Shown here one piece after another: positions 26,102 to 38,641 of a DNA stretch of 64,000 nucleotides. The DNA lies in NCBI GenBank assembly GCA_022813865.1, contig JALDZX010000010.1, positions 310,001-374,000 on the forward strand, in the 5' to 3' direction. The position numbers and the translations under genes were made by a program. The DNA is from Xylographa opegraphella (Eukaryota). A model generated the notes under the pieces. That model ran no database searches, had not been told where the DNA came from, and was given only the letters and a program-made list of their open reading frames with translations. Position 1 is the stretch's first letter. Every line of letters begins with the position of its first letter.

Positions 26102-26646
26102 GCAGGGGGGATTGATTTTGGTGGATTGCTCAGGGCCATTGAAGTATTTTGGCAAGAGTTCTAGCGATACAAGTATGTACAGAATGGCACGAGACCATGC
26201 AGGAGACTTGGGGGGTCATTGTGGGATGAGCGCGATGCACAGGAGGGTGCGTAGACAGCTAGCATTGATTTGAAACTTGATACGCGTGTATGATGGAAGT
26301 AGCTCTATCGCAATCAGCAGTAGAACAACCATAACCATGTATATAGTAAGCAACAGAAAGTGCATTTCGAGTTTCATGAGCTTGAAGGATGCGTTATGTT
26401 TGACCATCACAACTTTCAATCAATTTGGAACTACATGAGATCCTTACAGGCTCGCACCCAAGCCCAAGCGACCAATTGTCAAACAGCATCCTACCCACTA
26501 GCAAGTCCAAAGCTCCCATCACCTGTTCAAAACCCCTCACCGTCTGGATGATTCGTAGCATGATGCTCCTCGATTAGTCAACCAATCCCCAGCCCTTTCC
26601 CTTGACCCTTGCGCCGTGACGTTCTTTCTCCGCGTGCAAGTAAACA

Positions 26647-27403
26647 ATGGACGCCCACCACCGCAAAATCGACCTCCAAGCCCCTCAAGACCTCACCTAC
26701 CTCCTCGGCAACATCACCAAAGCGGCGCAAGAAAAGCTCGACATCCACTTCCCCCCCTCCGCCGCGCCGCAAGGCGAGGAGGACGCGTTACGGACGAAGG
26801 TCGAGGGCCTGGTGCACCAGGTGCGATTCCTGTTCCTCACCTCCTCCCAAAAACTCGTGGCACTGTTTGTGCGCCTATGCTTCGCGCTGCCCATACTGAT
26901 CTTTGAATTTACAATAGTACATCACCAGCACCTTCACGCTTGCCCTGCCCTCCCTCTCCATCAACGGCATCGACGCCTCCCCCGCGCACCTTGCCCCTCT
27001 CACCACCGCTGCCTCCGCCGCCGACGACGACGATGCGACCGCCAACTACGAAGACTACGACCCCGCGCTCGCGGCAAAGGTGCGCGCGCTGTACGCAACC
27101 CTGGAGGAGGAGACGACGCGTGTGGCGGAGCTGAGGAGGGAGGCCCCGGCGCAGGCGGCGGGAGCGTTTGTGGAGAGGCTGGGGAGGGAGATGGCGGATG
27201 AGGAGTTGAGGGCAGAGGCTGGGAGGACGTGGGCTATGGAGGAAGGGGCGAAAGTGGTGCTGGAGGCGGTGGTAGACAGCAGGGTGGGTGAGGGATGGGA
27301 GAGAGGGTTGAGGGGGTTGCAGGGGCTGACGAGCGTTACGGAGGGAGTGGCGAGACTGGAGAGGGTGAGGGGCGTGGTGGGGGAGGTGGAAAGTGGGAGA
27401 TGA
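26647..27403 (+). CDS. NSL1: Kinetochore Mis12-complex subunit Nsl1/Mis14-like, 2 exons (intron approx. 26821-26917)
   Basis: HHRKIDLQAPQDLTYL, KLDIHFPPSA, /YITSTFTLALPSLSING, YEDYDPALAAKVRALYATLEEETTRVAELRREAP. Confidence 0.75.
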
Positions 27404-28694
27404 TGGGTACCGAGATGGAGAGTGGCAGTGGATGTGTGTTTTGGAGTATGGAGTCCAGGGGTCTGATACCCGTGCCTGTATAAATGATGGGTTTGCATAT
27501 TCCAGTGGGTACGCGATGGGGACTATCATTCTGGATGGTGGGTGGCATAGCTGATGGATGTACTCAGCCATGAGGCTCCAACGATGATGTATGGCACCGG
27601 ACGGTTCTCGTCGCTCCAAAGGGGGCTTTCTCGACATGCCAGCTCGAATATGCAGTGCCGAAGTACTGGAAACAGGCTCCTTCCTAGACTGTTTGATATC
27701 AGATTTCCTGCTGTCTCAAGCATAAGTTTCATTTTCCCGACAGCAAAAGCCGCTTTCAGATGTTTTCCCAAGGATTTAGTTGTCAACCCGGTCACCTTGT
27801 TCCTCACGTTTCAACAGCTCAGGATATGTATGGTTGGAGAAGTCGAATCTCATTTTGGCTGAGCTGCGGTCTACGGGGGAATGCTGGCCTTCGATCCGGC
27901 ACCATTCTCGTAGTAGAACATCCAAAAGACGAAATGAAATCAAGATCAAATTCGCCAAGGTGTGAAAGGACGACTATTTCCTCTTCAATAGATCTCGCTA
28001 AAGGTTCATCGCCCACCATGTAACATAGGCCGCCAAGCATTCGTACGTTCTCCGTTTCCCTTTCTTATAGTGCAATACAGAGACGCCATATGCTTGTTCT
28101 GGCGGTTTAGGATAGCCGAAGCAGTCATGAATAGACAAGACAACACCCTCGAAATAAGAAGGCTATGGTGGTGGCGCATCGGTGCCACGATACTCATGTT
28201 GCATTTTCATTGTCATTGGCCACATCGACTGAGGCGGTGGAAAGAAGGACATCCGCATTGGATCATAACAAACACCAAATACGCATTGCGCTATTCTTCA
28301 GAAGTCTGACCCTTGGTGTAATCAGAAAAGGGCTGTGGCGCTGAGGATCCTATTTCCTGTGCGTAGAGCGTGGATGATGAGTACCGTATGTATCTACTCT
28401 GTAATTGAGTCCGAAATGTTTTCGCGGCATCGAAAAATGGAAATAATTTCTGGTAGCGGTTCAGTTACACACAGCAGGCAAGGTCCGTAAAGGAAACCTT
28501 AAAATTTTTTTTTAAAGAACATCTGGTAAAATTAATGCTGTGGTATGCTTTTGACAGGAGACTAAGGTAGCTAGTGATCCGCGAGCCTAAGGTAATGACA
28601 CGACCGCCTAGCCATTGAGATTCCCATCTGCGGGTCGTACAACCGCGACCACGACGAACACGTTGCAGCGAAAAGGATATGGCGAAATGGATTA

Positions 28695-29945
28695 TCATGA
28701 GGGTAGAGGTGCCTTTGCATCAGAATTAATAAATGGCACTTCTCCTGGCTGCGCATGAGTATCTGTCGTTGGTCCAGGAGCAGGTTGGGCATGTGCTGGT
28801 TGTGTATGTGTAGGTATTGTATCCGAAGTTTCGTTTTCAATCGTCGTAGAGGCTCCGGTCTTCTTGCTCTCCCAAGCTGCTGGCTTCGCCCATTCGGGAT
28901 CTCTCCATGGACCCAAATCACTCAGCGCACAACCACCCGGACACTCGCATTCTCCCCCAAGAAGCTTCGGCAGATTCTCCGCCGGCACTTGTCCCAGTAA
29001 TTCCGACTTATATCCGCTGCCGAGCACGTGGATTTTGGAAACGGTGACCGGGTCGAGGAAGCCCTTGATCACGCTGAAGACCGATGAGAACCCCCACGGC
29101 GCATTTATCAGGTATAATTTACCGAGGCGCTCAGGATAATAGTTTTGCGAAATCGCGGACGCCTCTTTGACATAGCTGTAGACAGAGCTAACTTTGGTGA
29201 GACCCACACCCTTCAAATCCATAATTGTGCAGCAGGTTTCGAGAAGTTGACCCGACTTGCGTGAGCAGGCAGGTAGGCGAGGATCGGCAAGCTTCTCATA
29301 TTCAACGACAAGGTTCTGCAGCATACGCTCTGCGGTAGTGATTTTGTACATTGCCGTAAGGTCGATTTTGCCCAATTGTTCTATGTAGACTGGGCGCCCA
29401 TCCTGTCAATTGCCATATTAGTCCTGTATTCGAACGTCAATGAGAGAGCGAGAGATTCGGAGATTACCTTGTCGGTTTTGTGGTAATATTGTGGATAATA
29501 CTCGAATACCTGTGGCTTTTCCTTGTAGTCGAAATTTCTTACGAGTTCGTCCACTCCAAATTCTTTCCGCCATTTCTCGCAATTGACAAACCTAGTAATC
29601 TATTAGTTCGCTGATTAGATCTCCAGTGCGACACATTCCATACATGGCCTTAGCTAACTCGACGTTGAATTTCCTAGCCCGTAAGAATCGTAACTGAGCG
29701 CCAGCCGTTAGATAACCAATGAACAATATTTGGAAGTTACATACCATGCTCAGGGTATCCAATCTCTCTGAGTGTCCAAGCTGTTCAAGCTGTGTGCGTA
29801 GTTGGAAGACCTGCGCATCTTGTTGCTTGTTCGTGTGGCCGGGGTGACCACTCTGGACGTTGGGACTGGTCGTGGGGTAGTCATAGTGGTCGTATTTCGG
29901 GTCGAGCTCCATCTGAGGCGCAACCGCTGTCTCGTGCGCAGCCAT
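28695..29945 (-). CDS. SEC14: Sec14 phosphatidylinositol/phosphatidylcholine transfer protein, multi-exon
   Basis: [69 protein letters not shown]. Confidence 0.95.
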
Positions 29946-30288
29946 CTGGAGAAAGACGTTTTTGGTTATAGCAGTGTAGTTGACTGTGTGGAAGATTTGG
30001 GCGTGCAAATATGAGTGTCGTGTACCTCCGTATGGTAGCGCAGTCGAAACACTGATGCTGTTGTGAACCTAAAAAGTTTAGTCGTCTAGCCTCCGCCGTC
30101 TCGGCCTACCCCTGGTTGCAACGTCATACACATGGGAAGGAGTCGGCTCAGGGTATGGAGAAGGCTAACCGAGAGAATACTCTTTAATCAGAAGATTTGC
30201 TCCATTCAGCAAAAGCGTCCATCCACTCTGATCTGCTGGAAGAAAAAAACACTCCAACGCCAACCCCATTCCTAGTGAGCCTTGCATT

Positions 30289-31198
30289 CTAATTGCCTCG
30301 ACCCCTGAAGCCGCTGGGCCGTGTGAAATTAGGATTGCCACCCCGTCCTCCACCACCTCCTCTTCCAGAGCTAAAACCTCCGCCTCTCCCTCCCCCACGA
30401 CTCCCACCCCTTCCTCCTCGATCACCAAAACCACCCCTGCCTCTGGGAGCGCCCCGGCCTCCACCTCTGGCACCGCCTCGGCCCCCTCTTATTGGCCCTC
30501 CCCTTGACGCCCCGCCTGCTCGTTTTGGCTTGGCTGTACCTATGAGATGGTCAATATTGTGTGACGATATCCGCAAAACGACTGACTAACCTGGGGATGG
30601 TTTTGGTTTTGGTAGAAACCTGTCCAGCTTGTCAGTAACTCTCTTATACCAACTAGCGCAGTCCTCGTACTTCTCCAAAGGTAACAACTTGTCCCCTCCT
30701 ATGTAGAATTTGTCTCCCGATTTGAAGGACGTAGCGACTATCCCTTCCTGGGGTTTAATGGTGAAATAGAGCTGATTTATTGGCCCTAATATCTCATCGA
30801 CCTTTCCGATAGCAGTCTATACCATCATTAGTCCCCAGTAGCGATAGAAGATATTTGCCGTACCTTGTTCTCGAGGTATATTGGAGCATTGAAATATGGT
30901 ATCTTTGGATTGACGGATTCGCAGACCAATTCTCCTTCGCATGCATGCACGAACGACCCCATCTCTATTTCCCAGTAAGCTCGAGCCCCGTGAGTATACA
31001 GGTCGCTTTCAAACCTAGCACAGAAGCTGGAGGCCCATATGATTGTTGAAATGCGCCGCGTCCTATAGCAGCGCATTAACTCAAAATTGCGCCAAATACA
31101 ATTGGAGAGCTCGTACCGCCTCTGGAACCGAAGTTACCACCTCCCCGATTACCTCCAAAGCCTCCACCTCGACCTCGAGGTGCGCCTCGAAATGACAT
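30289..31198 (-). CDS. GAR1: H/ACA snoRNP subunit Gar1, multi-exon
   Basis: RGG-rich N- and C-termini around the core [33 protein letters not shown]/..[26 protein letters not shown]. Confidence 0.93.
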
Positions 31199-31535
31199 TG
31201 CTGTTGTTGGTAGGCTAAGCTGGCAAGACGTCTTCTCTATTCTGAGTGGGCTGCGGCTCTCAAAATTGACTGATGCAAGGATTATTTCAGCCCTATCGAT
31301 AGTACCGAGACCCTTAACGGTATTCCCCACGCTTGAGTCACTGATCTTTAATTCATCGTTGAGGTTTTTCACAACCTAGAATGTTTCGGCTTCAAATTAT
31401 CTAATTTTAAATACTCTACAGTCGTGCATATGTTCATTGACATCTGAAAGGACCGGACCAAAATTGATTATCTGATACTAACCTTGGTCGATCTGTCTTA
31501 AGTCAGTTGTGTGGCCCAGTTGCAGATCATTGAAG

Positions 31536-34137
31536 ATGGAAGCCCAGAAAAATGCTCCATCTTCGAGTGCAGTCGAGGGCGCGACTGATCTGGAGATCCG
31601 CCAAAAAGTGGATTCACAATCGACTCAATTATCAAGCGAAACAAGTGCGAAAAGCCCTAAGAGCTCGAGGTCATCACATGTCAAGTCAAGCTCAATAAGT
31701 GTTCTGAAAAAGGATTCAAGAGAGCCTTCAGCCAAGCAAGAACCAGCAGTAAATCATGTGCAAACCACTGGTATAGCAACGCAGTCTACGGGAGCTTTAC
31801 CGGACTTTATTGTTCACCGGAACCATTTATTCGAAGAATTGAAGCAAAAGAATGATGTCGAGATGAGGGAGAAACCTCGACCAGAAATCGATGTTGTTAT
31901 TGACCTTGGATTGGACCAACAAGGTATGCCGAGGCCTCCAATGTCCTTACCTGCGAAGGCCTGGGAGTCCACGCCCGGGTCTTTCTTGAGACACGTCGAT
32001 AAGGCAGTGAGTGCTGATGTAGTTGTTGCCAAAATCAACGGTAAGGACCTATGGGACCTTGACAGGCCATTGGAATATAGCTGTCGAGTTAGTTATTTGG
32101 CATTTTCATCCGTGGAGGGCCGTAATGTCTTCTGGCATTCCAGTGCTCATGTGTTGGGTGAAGCTGCTGAATGTCAGTATAATTGTCTCCTATCGCATGG
32201 CCCTCCGGTAGAGCAAGGCTTCTTTTATGACATGGCCATTGCAGAAGGGTACGTTGATTGATTATATATATTATACTGCGCTAAAGGGTACAGACAAGTC
32301 GTTAAAGAGACCGATTGGGCTCATCTTGAAAGCAAAGCTTCAAAGTTTTTCAAGGAGAAACAACCATTTGACAGGTTACATGTCTCAATTGCAAATCTCA
32401 AGCAGATGTTCGGATACAGCAAATACAAAATGTACTATATTGAGAATCTTTTACCACCAGAAGGTAGTACAGTTTACAGGTGTGGTACCTTGGTAGATCT
32501 GTGTCTTGGTCCTCACATCCAAAACACGGGCAAGATAAGGACATTTCAGATCATGAAGGTGTGTCCGGATTGCTCTATCATTCTGGCATCTACTGAAGTC
32601 CCTAGAACTCGTCGTGTTACTTCCGAGGGGATAAGGACGATGATAGTCTACAGCGTATCTATGGAGTAGCTTTCCCAGACAAAAAGTCAATGGCTGAGCA
32701 CAAGAAGTTCTTAGAAGAAGCGGCGAGAAGGGACCACCGCAAGATTGGTACAGATCAAGAGCTTTTCTTCTTCGACGAACTATCTCCCGGTTCACCTTTT
32801 CTTCTCCCTCACGGTGCTATTGTCTTCAACGCCTTGCAAAAAATGATTCGATCAGAATATCACAAACGAGGTTACCAAGAAGTGCAGACTCCCAACATGT
32901 ACGACGTTGAGCTCTGGAAGAAGTCTGGGCACTGGAAACACTATCAGGATGATATGTTCAGTCTTGAAGTAGAGAAGCGTAAATTTGCCTTAAAGCCAAT
33001 GAATTGCCCAGGGCATTGCATTATGTTTGGTCATCGAGAACGAAGCTACCGAGAACTGCCATTAAGATTGGCAGATTTCGGAGTTCTTCATCGAAACGAA
33101 GCCTCTGGTGCACTAAATGGACTCACCAGGGTGAGGCGATTTCAGCAGGACGATGCCCATATTTTTTGTACCCAAGACCAGGTGAGCTTGACAATTTCCG
33201 ATTTTTGGCCGCTACTGATACTAGGTCTGCAGATTATCGAGGAAATCGAGGGGCTCTTCGATTTTCTGAAGTATGTCTATGATGTATTTGACTTCAAATT
33301 CAAGCTCAAACTTTCTACGAGACCCGAAAAGTACATGGGTGAGATTGAAACGTGGAACATGGCGGAGGCAAAGCTAACAGAAGCGCTGAATAATTTCACG
33401 GGACGAGAGGGAGGACAATGGGAGATCAATAAAGGCGACGGCGCGTTCTACGGTCCTAAGATAGACATCACCACATCTGACGCCCTGAAGAGAGAACACC
33501 AATGTGCTACCATCCAATTAGACTTCCAATTACCCCAGAACTTTGAGCTTGAGTTCATGACTGGCGAAGCTACGGTGAAAGCGGACACAGATACGTCAAC
33601 TGAAGGGAATCCTGAAGATGCCCATTCTGCGATCCGGCCGAGGATTCCCGGGCCTGGGCGTGCACGGCCGGTCATGATACACCGCGCAATTGTTGGCAGC
33701 TTCGAACGGTTCTTCGCAGTCATCACAGAACATTTTGCAGGAAAGTGGCCATTCTGGCTGAGTCCTCGGCAAGTCCTGGTAATTCCAGTCATGCCAGCCG
33801 TCAACGATTACGTGGAGGAGGTACAGAAGCTGCTTCGAGCCCAGAAACTGCAGGCCGACATCGATATCAGCGGCAACACGATGCCAAAAAAGATCTTGCG
33901 GGGCCAACATCAGCAGTACAATTTTATCTTTGGTGGGTCGCTAGCATCAGCCGTTTTTGGAAGATGCCTAACATTTTTGCAGTCGTTGGTGCCCAAGAAA
34001 GGGATTCGCGCTCGGTCAACATTCGAAATCGGGATGACAGGCAGACGCAGGCAAAAGGAGAGTTGGTCCCTCTGGCAGAAGCGCTTCAGAAGCTCAAAGC
34101 ACTTAGGAAGGAAAGACGACTGGTCAATGCCCTATGA
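31536..34137 (+). CDS. Threonyl-tRNA synthetase (cytosolic type), 5 exons
   Basis: TGS domain WDLDRPLE, editing domain FWHSSAH and [57 protein letters not shown]. Confidence 0.95.
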
Positions 34138-34791
34138 TATACCATAGAGTATGATTGACTAAAGCTGGAGACATCAGCTTGAAAAGTGCCACTTCCTAAC
34201 TCCCAACGTAGTTGTTCTCCAATAGTAGGTTGTCGTGAATTACCTTAGGCTTTATGAACTCCCGGAATCCCCGGACCCCTTTACCAAGTGTCAATTCCCC
34301 GCAAAGCTGGTGTTTGCCAAGGACTTGGAGCTCTCGGTGTCTTAGTGGTATATGATGTCACCGAGACATCTATTGACTTCACCCGCATGCGTCAAAAGAA
34401 GGCCTGCCCATGTCACCTATTGCCTTCTCCGAAAGTTGACTGTGTCAAATATCGTTGCACGATCCATCTTTCACTTAGACACGCATAGAGCCGTTCAAGC
34501 TTTCCTGAACATTGCTTCGTTGATCGTACGATTTACATAGCAAGTGGTCGTTCAGTCGTGGGCTTGTGGGACGCGGCCGCGTCGCCTCCTCCACTTCGTG
34601 CACCCAGAACTCCAGGTCACTTCGACCTGCAAATCACCTACACCTTCTGAGCTTCACTTGCGCGCTCACAAAGTCTTGCAATCCGAATCGATCAAGACAC
34701 TACTCATAGGAGCACTCCCACAACTTTGACTTACTGAGCGCGACCAAATTAGCGGGTCTATCTCGGAGAGTATTGACAAGCTCGGTTCGAG

Positions 34792-37700
34792 ATGGAACAA
34801 CCGCATTCATCTGCAGCAATGGACTTCGCTCACAGCGCCGGAACGAGAGACTCATTTCTTTCCCAGTCGGACCAACACGACGACTTTACGCGGACTCTGG
34901 AGGACCACTCTTCCCACCTCGGAGGCATCGGAAGACCTGGGGATTTAGACCATACTGATTCTACCATGTCACAATCACAGACTCTCACACCGTCTCGAGG
35001 GGGAACATTGAAAAAGAAACAATCTCTCAAGAAGAGCGGCAGCATAAGGCGGAGTAGCAGTACAAGAAGTGCGCGGCCGGGCAGTGTTAGGAGCCTTGAG
35101 CTCGGAGACGGTGAAAGAAACACCCATGGGCCGGGAGATGAACTGTACAGTGCATTTTTCACTCCTGTTCCAACGTCAGGCAATCCCACCGAGATTTTAG
35201 CAAATAGATTTCAAGGCAAGTTCTTAAAGATACCTGTTTCCGAATGCAACTAGTCGCACAAGCTGTATCAACCAATCGCTGACTTCTAAACGGTTTTACA
35301 GCTTGGCGTAAAATGCTCAAAGATTTAATCGCGTATTATCGTGATATACAGAAGTCATACGAAGTGCGCTCTAAGTCCCTGGTTACAATGTCCAACATTA
35401 TCAATAATACGACAGCTCCACCAGGCTTACTGACAAATGGCGGCATTAGCCAAGCGACCCAAATTTTGAAAGACTACCATAAGCAGTCAGTCGCTGAGAG
35501 TAACAAAGCCAGAAGCATTGAAGAAGATGTCATAATGCAGTTGACTGGGCTTCGAAGCGATCTACAACAGAAAATTAAGGAAATCAAGAATCTTGCTGGC
35601 GATTTTAAAAATGCTGTGGCTAAAGAGTCCGAAGGTACTCGCAAGGCAGTGCACGCATTGCAAGACGCCTTGGGGCTTGTGGACAAGGATCCCGGTGCGG
35701 CTGCTGGGAAGGGAGATCCATACATCGTCAAGCTGAGCGTAGATCGTCAGATAGAGAGACAGATTGATGAAGAGAACTATTTACATCGAGTAAGAATTCG
35801 CAGTCGCAACCTGATCTTTTCTGACCTTTCCTTCACAGGCATTCCTGAATCTGGAGAATTCAGGACGTGAGCTAGAGTCGATTGTTGTGGGCGAAATCCA
35901 GAAAGCATATAATGCTTATGCAGGAATCCTGAAGAGGGAAGCTGACGAGGCTTATGAAGCTACCGAGCGATTGCGAAATGGCCCTATTGCAATGAGGAAA
36001 GATCTGGAATGGAACGCCTTTGTTGATGGAAATGAAAATTTCGTCGATCCCCGATTGCCTATCCGCAAAGCTGAATACATAAATTATCCTGGAAAAGATG
36101 CTCCGGCCGCAGCAGAAGTTAGGTCAGGTATGCTTGAAAGAAAAAGCAAATACCTCAAAAGTTATACACCTGGCTGGTATGGACAAACCCATTACGCAAG
36201 CGTGCTTTGAGAATACTGACCATGTCTAGGTATGTTTTATCACCAACCCATCTGCATGAATTCAAGTCAGCAGATCGCATTGAGGCTCAATCGCCAGTTA
36301 TGTCTCTATATTTACCAGAACAGAAACTCGGCTCTCATTCAAACACGGACTCCTCTTCCCATAAGTTCATGCTCAAAGGGCGACAAACTGGGGGTATGCA
36401 CCGTGGTCATGGCTGGGTCTTTCGCGCTGAATCCCGAGAGACAATGCTAGCGTGGTACGAAGACATAAAGAGTTTGACAGAGAAGACTGGGGAAGAACGA
36501 AACGCGTTTGTTCGCAAGCATGCTCGGAGTTTTAGTGCTGGCAGTCACAAAGCAGGATCGATTAGTAGCGAGGGAGCTTTGGATGAGGACGAGGCGGATC
36601 ATGTTCCTTACTCTGCGACAACATCACAATTCGAGCAGGAACCGCCTCAGGAACCGACGTTTCTGAAGCGCCCTCAGCCAGGTGGGCGCTTCCCGAGTGA
36701 TATTAATGTCAATCGAGACTTACGTGTACCACTTTCCCCTTCTAGTGGAGCAAGCTCCGATGATCACGAAGTCCTAGGCGCGGATGGTCCTTCCTTAAGA
36801 CCTTCAAGCCCCTCTAGGCAAGAAAGCCGCCAAGTCCAGCATGAAGAGCCGACAATAGGTTTCACGCGAAGAGACAACGGGATCGCAACGAATCGCACTG
36901 CTGACCCTGATACCATAGCTGGTGCCACTTACAACCCTGCATCGACTTATGCGTCCAAGTTATCAAGCTATCAGCCACAACAGAATTTGCGCGAAGGAAC
37001 ATTGGACTCTGATATAGCAAATACTGCGACTGGTGAAATCTTTGGCGAATCTAGAAACGAAACTTCTGGTGTTCCTTTGAGGCTTTCGAGCTTTCAAGCG
37101 CAATATCACAAAGAAGATAAGGACGTCGAGCAAGGAAGACCACATGAGCCTATAAGGACAATGTCAGATGACCCTGAGACTGTGGCAGCTGCAATGGCGC
37201 TTCCCGGCTCCAATTTTCCTTACGTACGAATCGACGATCGGCCACAACTTAGAGGAAAAGATTCCCACCAAAGCATTCCGAAATTGGGCAGTCCCAGAGC
37301 CATAGAACACCTGCACTCAGATACTGATTTGGAGAACTCTCAAAATACACCGCAAGTCGACTCATCTTCTGCACAGACCGCTAATTTCGCCGGAAATCGA
37401 GATATCGCCTTGGATCCAATGGGCCAGAATAACAACGAGGAAGCATCTTCGCGGGCAGCAGTACCAGCCGAGGGATCCGAGTATTATAACCAAGCGGTGC
37501 AGGCTCAAGGTATAAGCTCTGATGCCCCAGGGAGCGTGGCATATGCCCAAGATCAGCAAACTCAGGCAAAGCAGTCGGCTACTCTTCACAAGACTCTTGA
37601 TAGTGATGCAAAGATGATGGAACGCCCTGGAAACGAGACGCAGACAAATACTACTCCAGCTGATGCTACAGAGCTTGAAGTGAACAACATTCTCCGTGAA

Positions 37701-38138
37701 AAGGATGAAAGGGCTACGAAACCACTCCACATGGACTCTGCAGGCGATTTCGAACTTGGTGCAGCGCTCCAGCAACACCGTGAACGGCGATACCAACAAG
37801 CATCAGACAATGCGTCTCAACCTGAGCCAACATCCTCGGAGCAGAATCCGCCCTCTAGCTCAGCTATCAAATCTAGTCCCGGTGAAGCGCTTAGCTCGAC
37901 ACCTGTTGAGCTTGGACAATTCGGAAGCACTCCCAAGGAACTCGAAATGACAACCTTTGAATCATCTTTCACGAGTGGATCTGTCGAGAGTCCCATCGCA
38001 CCCTTGTCTGCAACAATAGGGAACAGCCACATCGAAGAGACGAACCAGAGGCCTCCACTTCCAAGCCATGTGACCGTCAGCGACCTACATGTGCCCGGTG
38101 AGTTTCCCCTCTCGCCGCAGACGGAGACGGCGTTATAG
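34792..38138 (+). CDS. Slm1/Slm2-like BAR-PH domain protein with a long disordered C-terminal tail
   Basis: PTEILANRFQ/AWRK, QKIKEIKNLAGDFKN, RSGMLERKSKYLKSYTPGW/YVLSPTHLHEFKS, HGWVFRAES. The first intron (35216-35301) is GC-AG. Confidence 0.85.
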
Positions 38139-38641
38139 ACGACTTGTTGGAGAGATGGAGGGGACTGACACCATGTTGTCGCTATGTGCTTGGTTGATTA
38201 CCAACAGTACAGGATGTAATCGAGCGTTCGGAGATTCTGTGCGGATGATGATAGCCCTGTCTATGCTGCTCTACTGGTTTACGGATTGAAATCGCTGCAC
38301 CTTACTATTCTTGACTTCTCGTCAGCGTGACATGTTTATACCCGTGGTGTCAGAGTTTATTACAGTTCTTGTGCGCGAGCTCGCATGCTTTGATTTACTG
38401 TTCATATAAGATTATCGTTATCAACAATACCTCCATTAGGAAGGCCAATCATATCTGTGATACCCTTGAGTTGGCAATCTATTCGCACACGATCTCTTTC
38501 TTATTTAGACATACGCAGCATCCGGCATAGTTTACATTTTCTCATGCCTTACAAGTCGAGGGATCTTTTCAATTAAGGACAAATTTAGCGCTATGTACAA
38601 ATACTCCAGCCAATCCACTAGCCTTGATGAGGTCTACGCAA

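Noticed and set aside
26909..27637. 242-aa His/Pro/Leu-rich minus-strand ORF
   Set aside because: It is the antisense shadow of the G-rich end of the Nsl1-like gene.
27500..28350. Cluster of short overlapping ORFs between the Nsl1-like gene and SEC14
   Set aside because: No consistent splice model or motif; the region is probably 3' UTR and intergenic sequence.
28370..28460. ATGATGA box-C-like motif downstream of SEC14
   Set aside because: No suitably placed box D (CTGA) or terminal stem was found.
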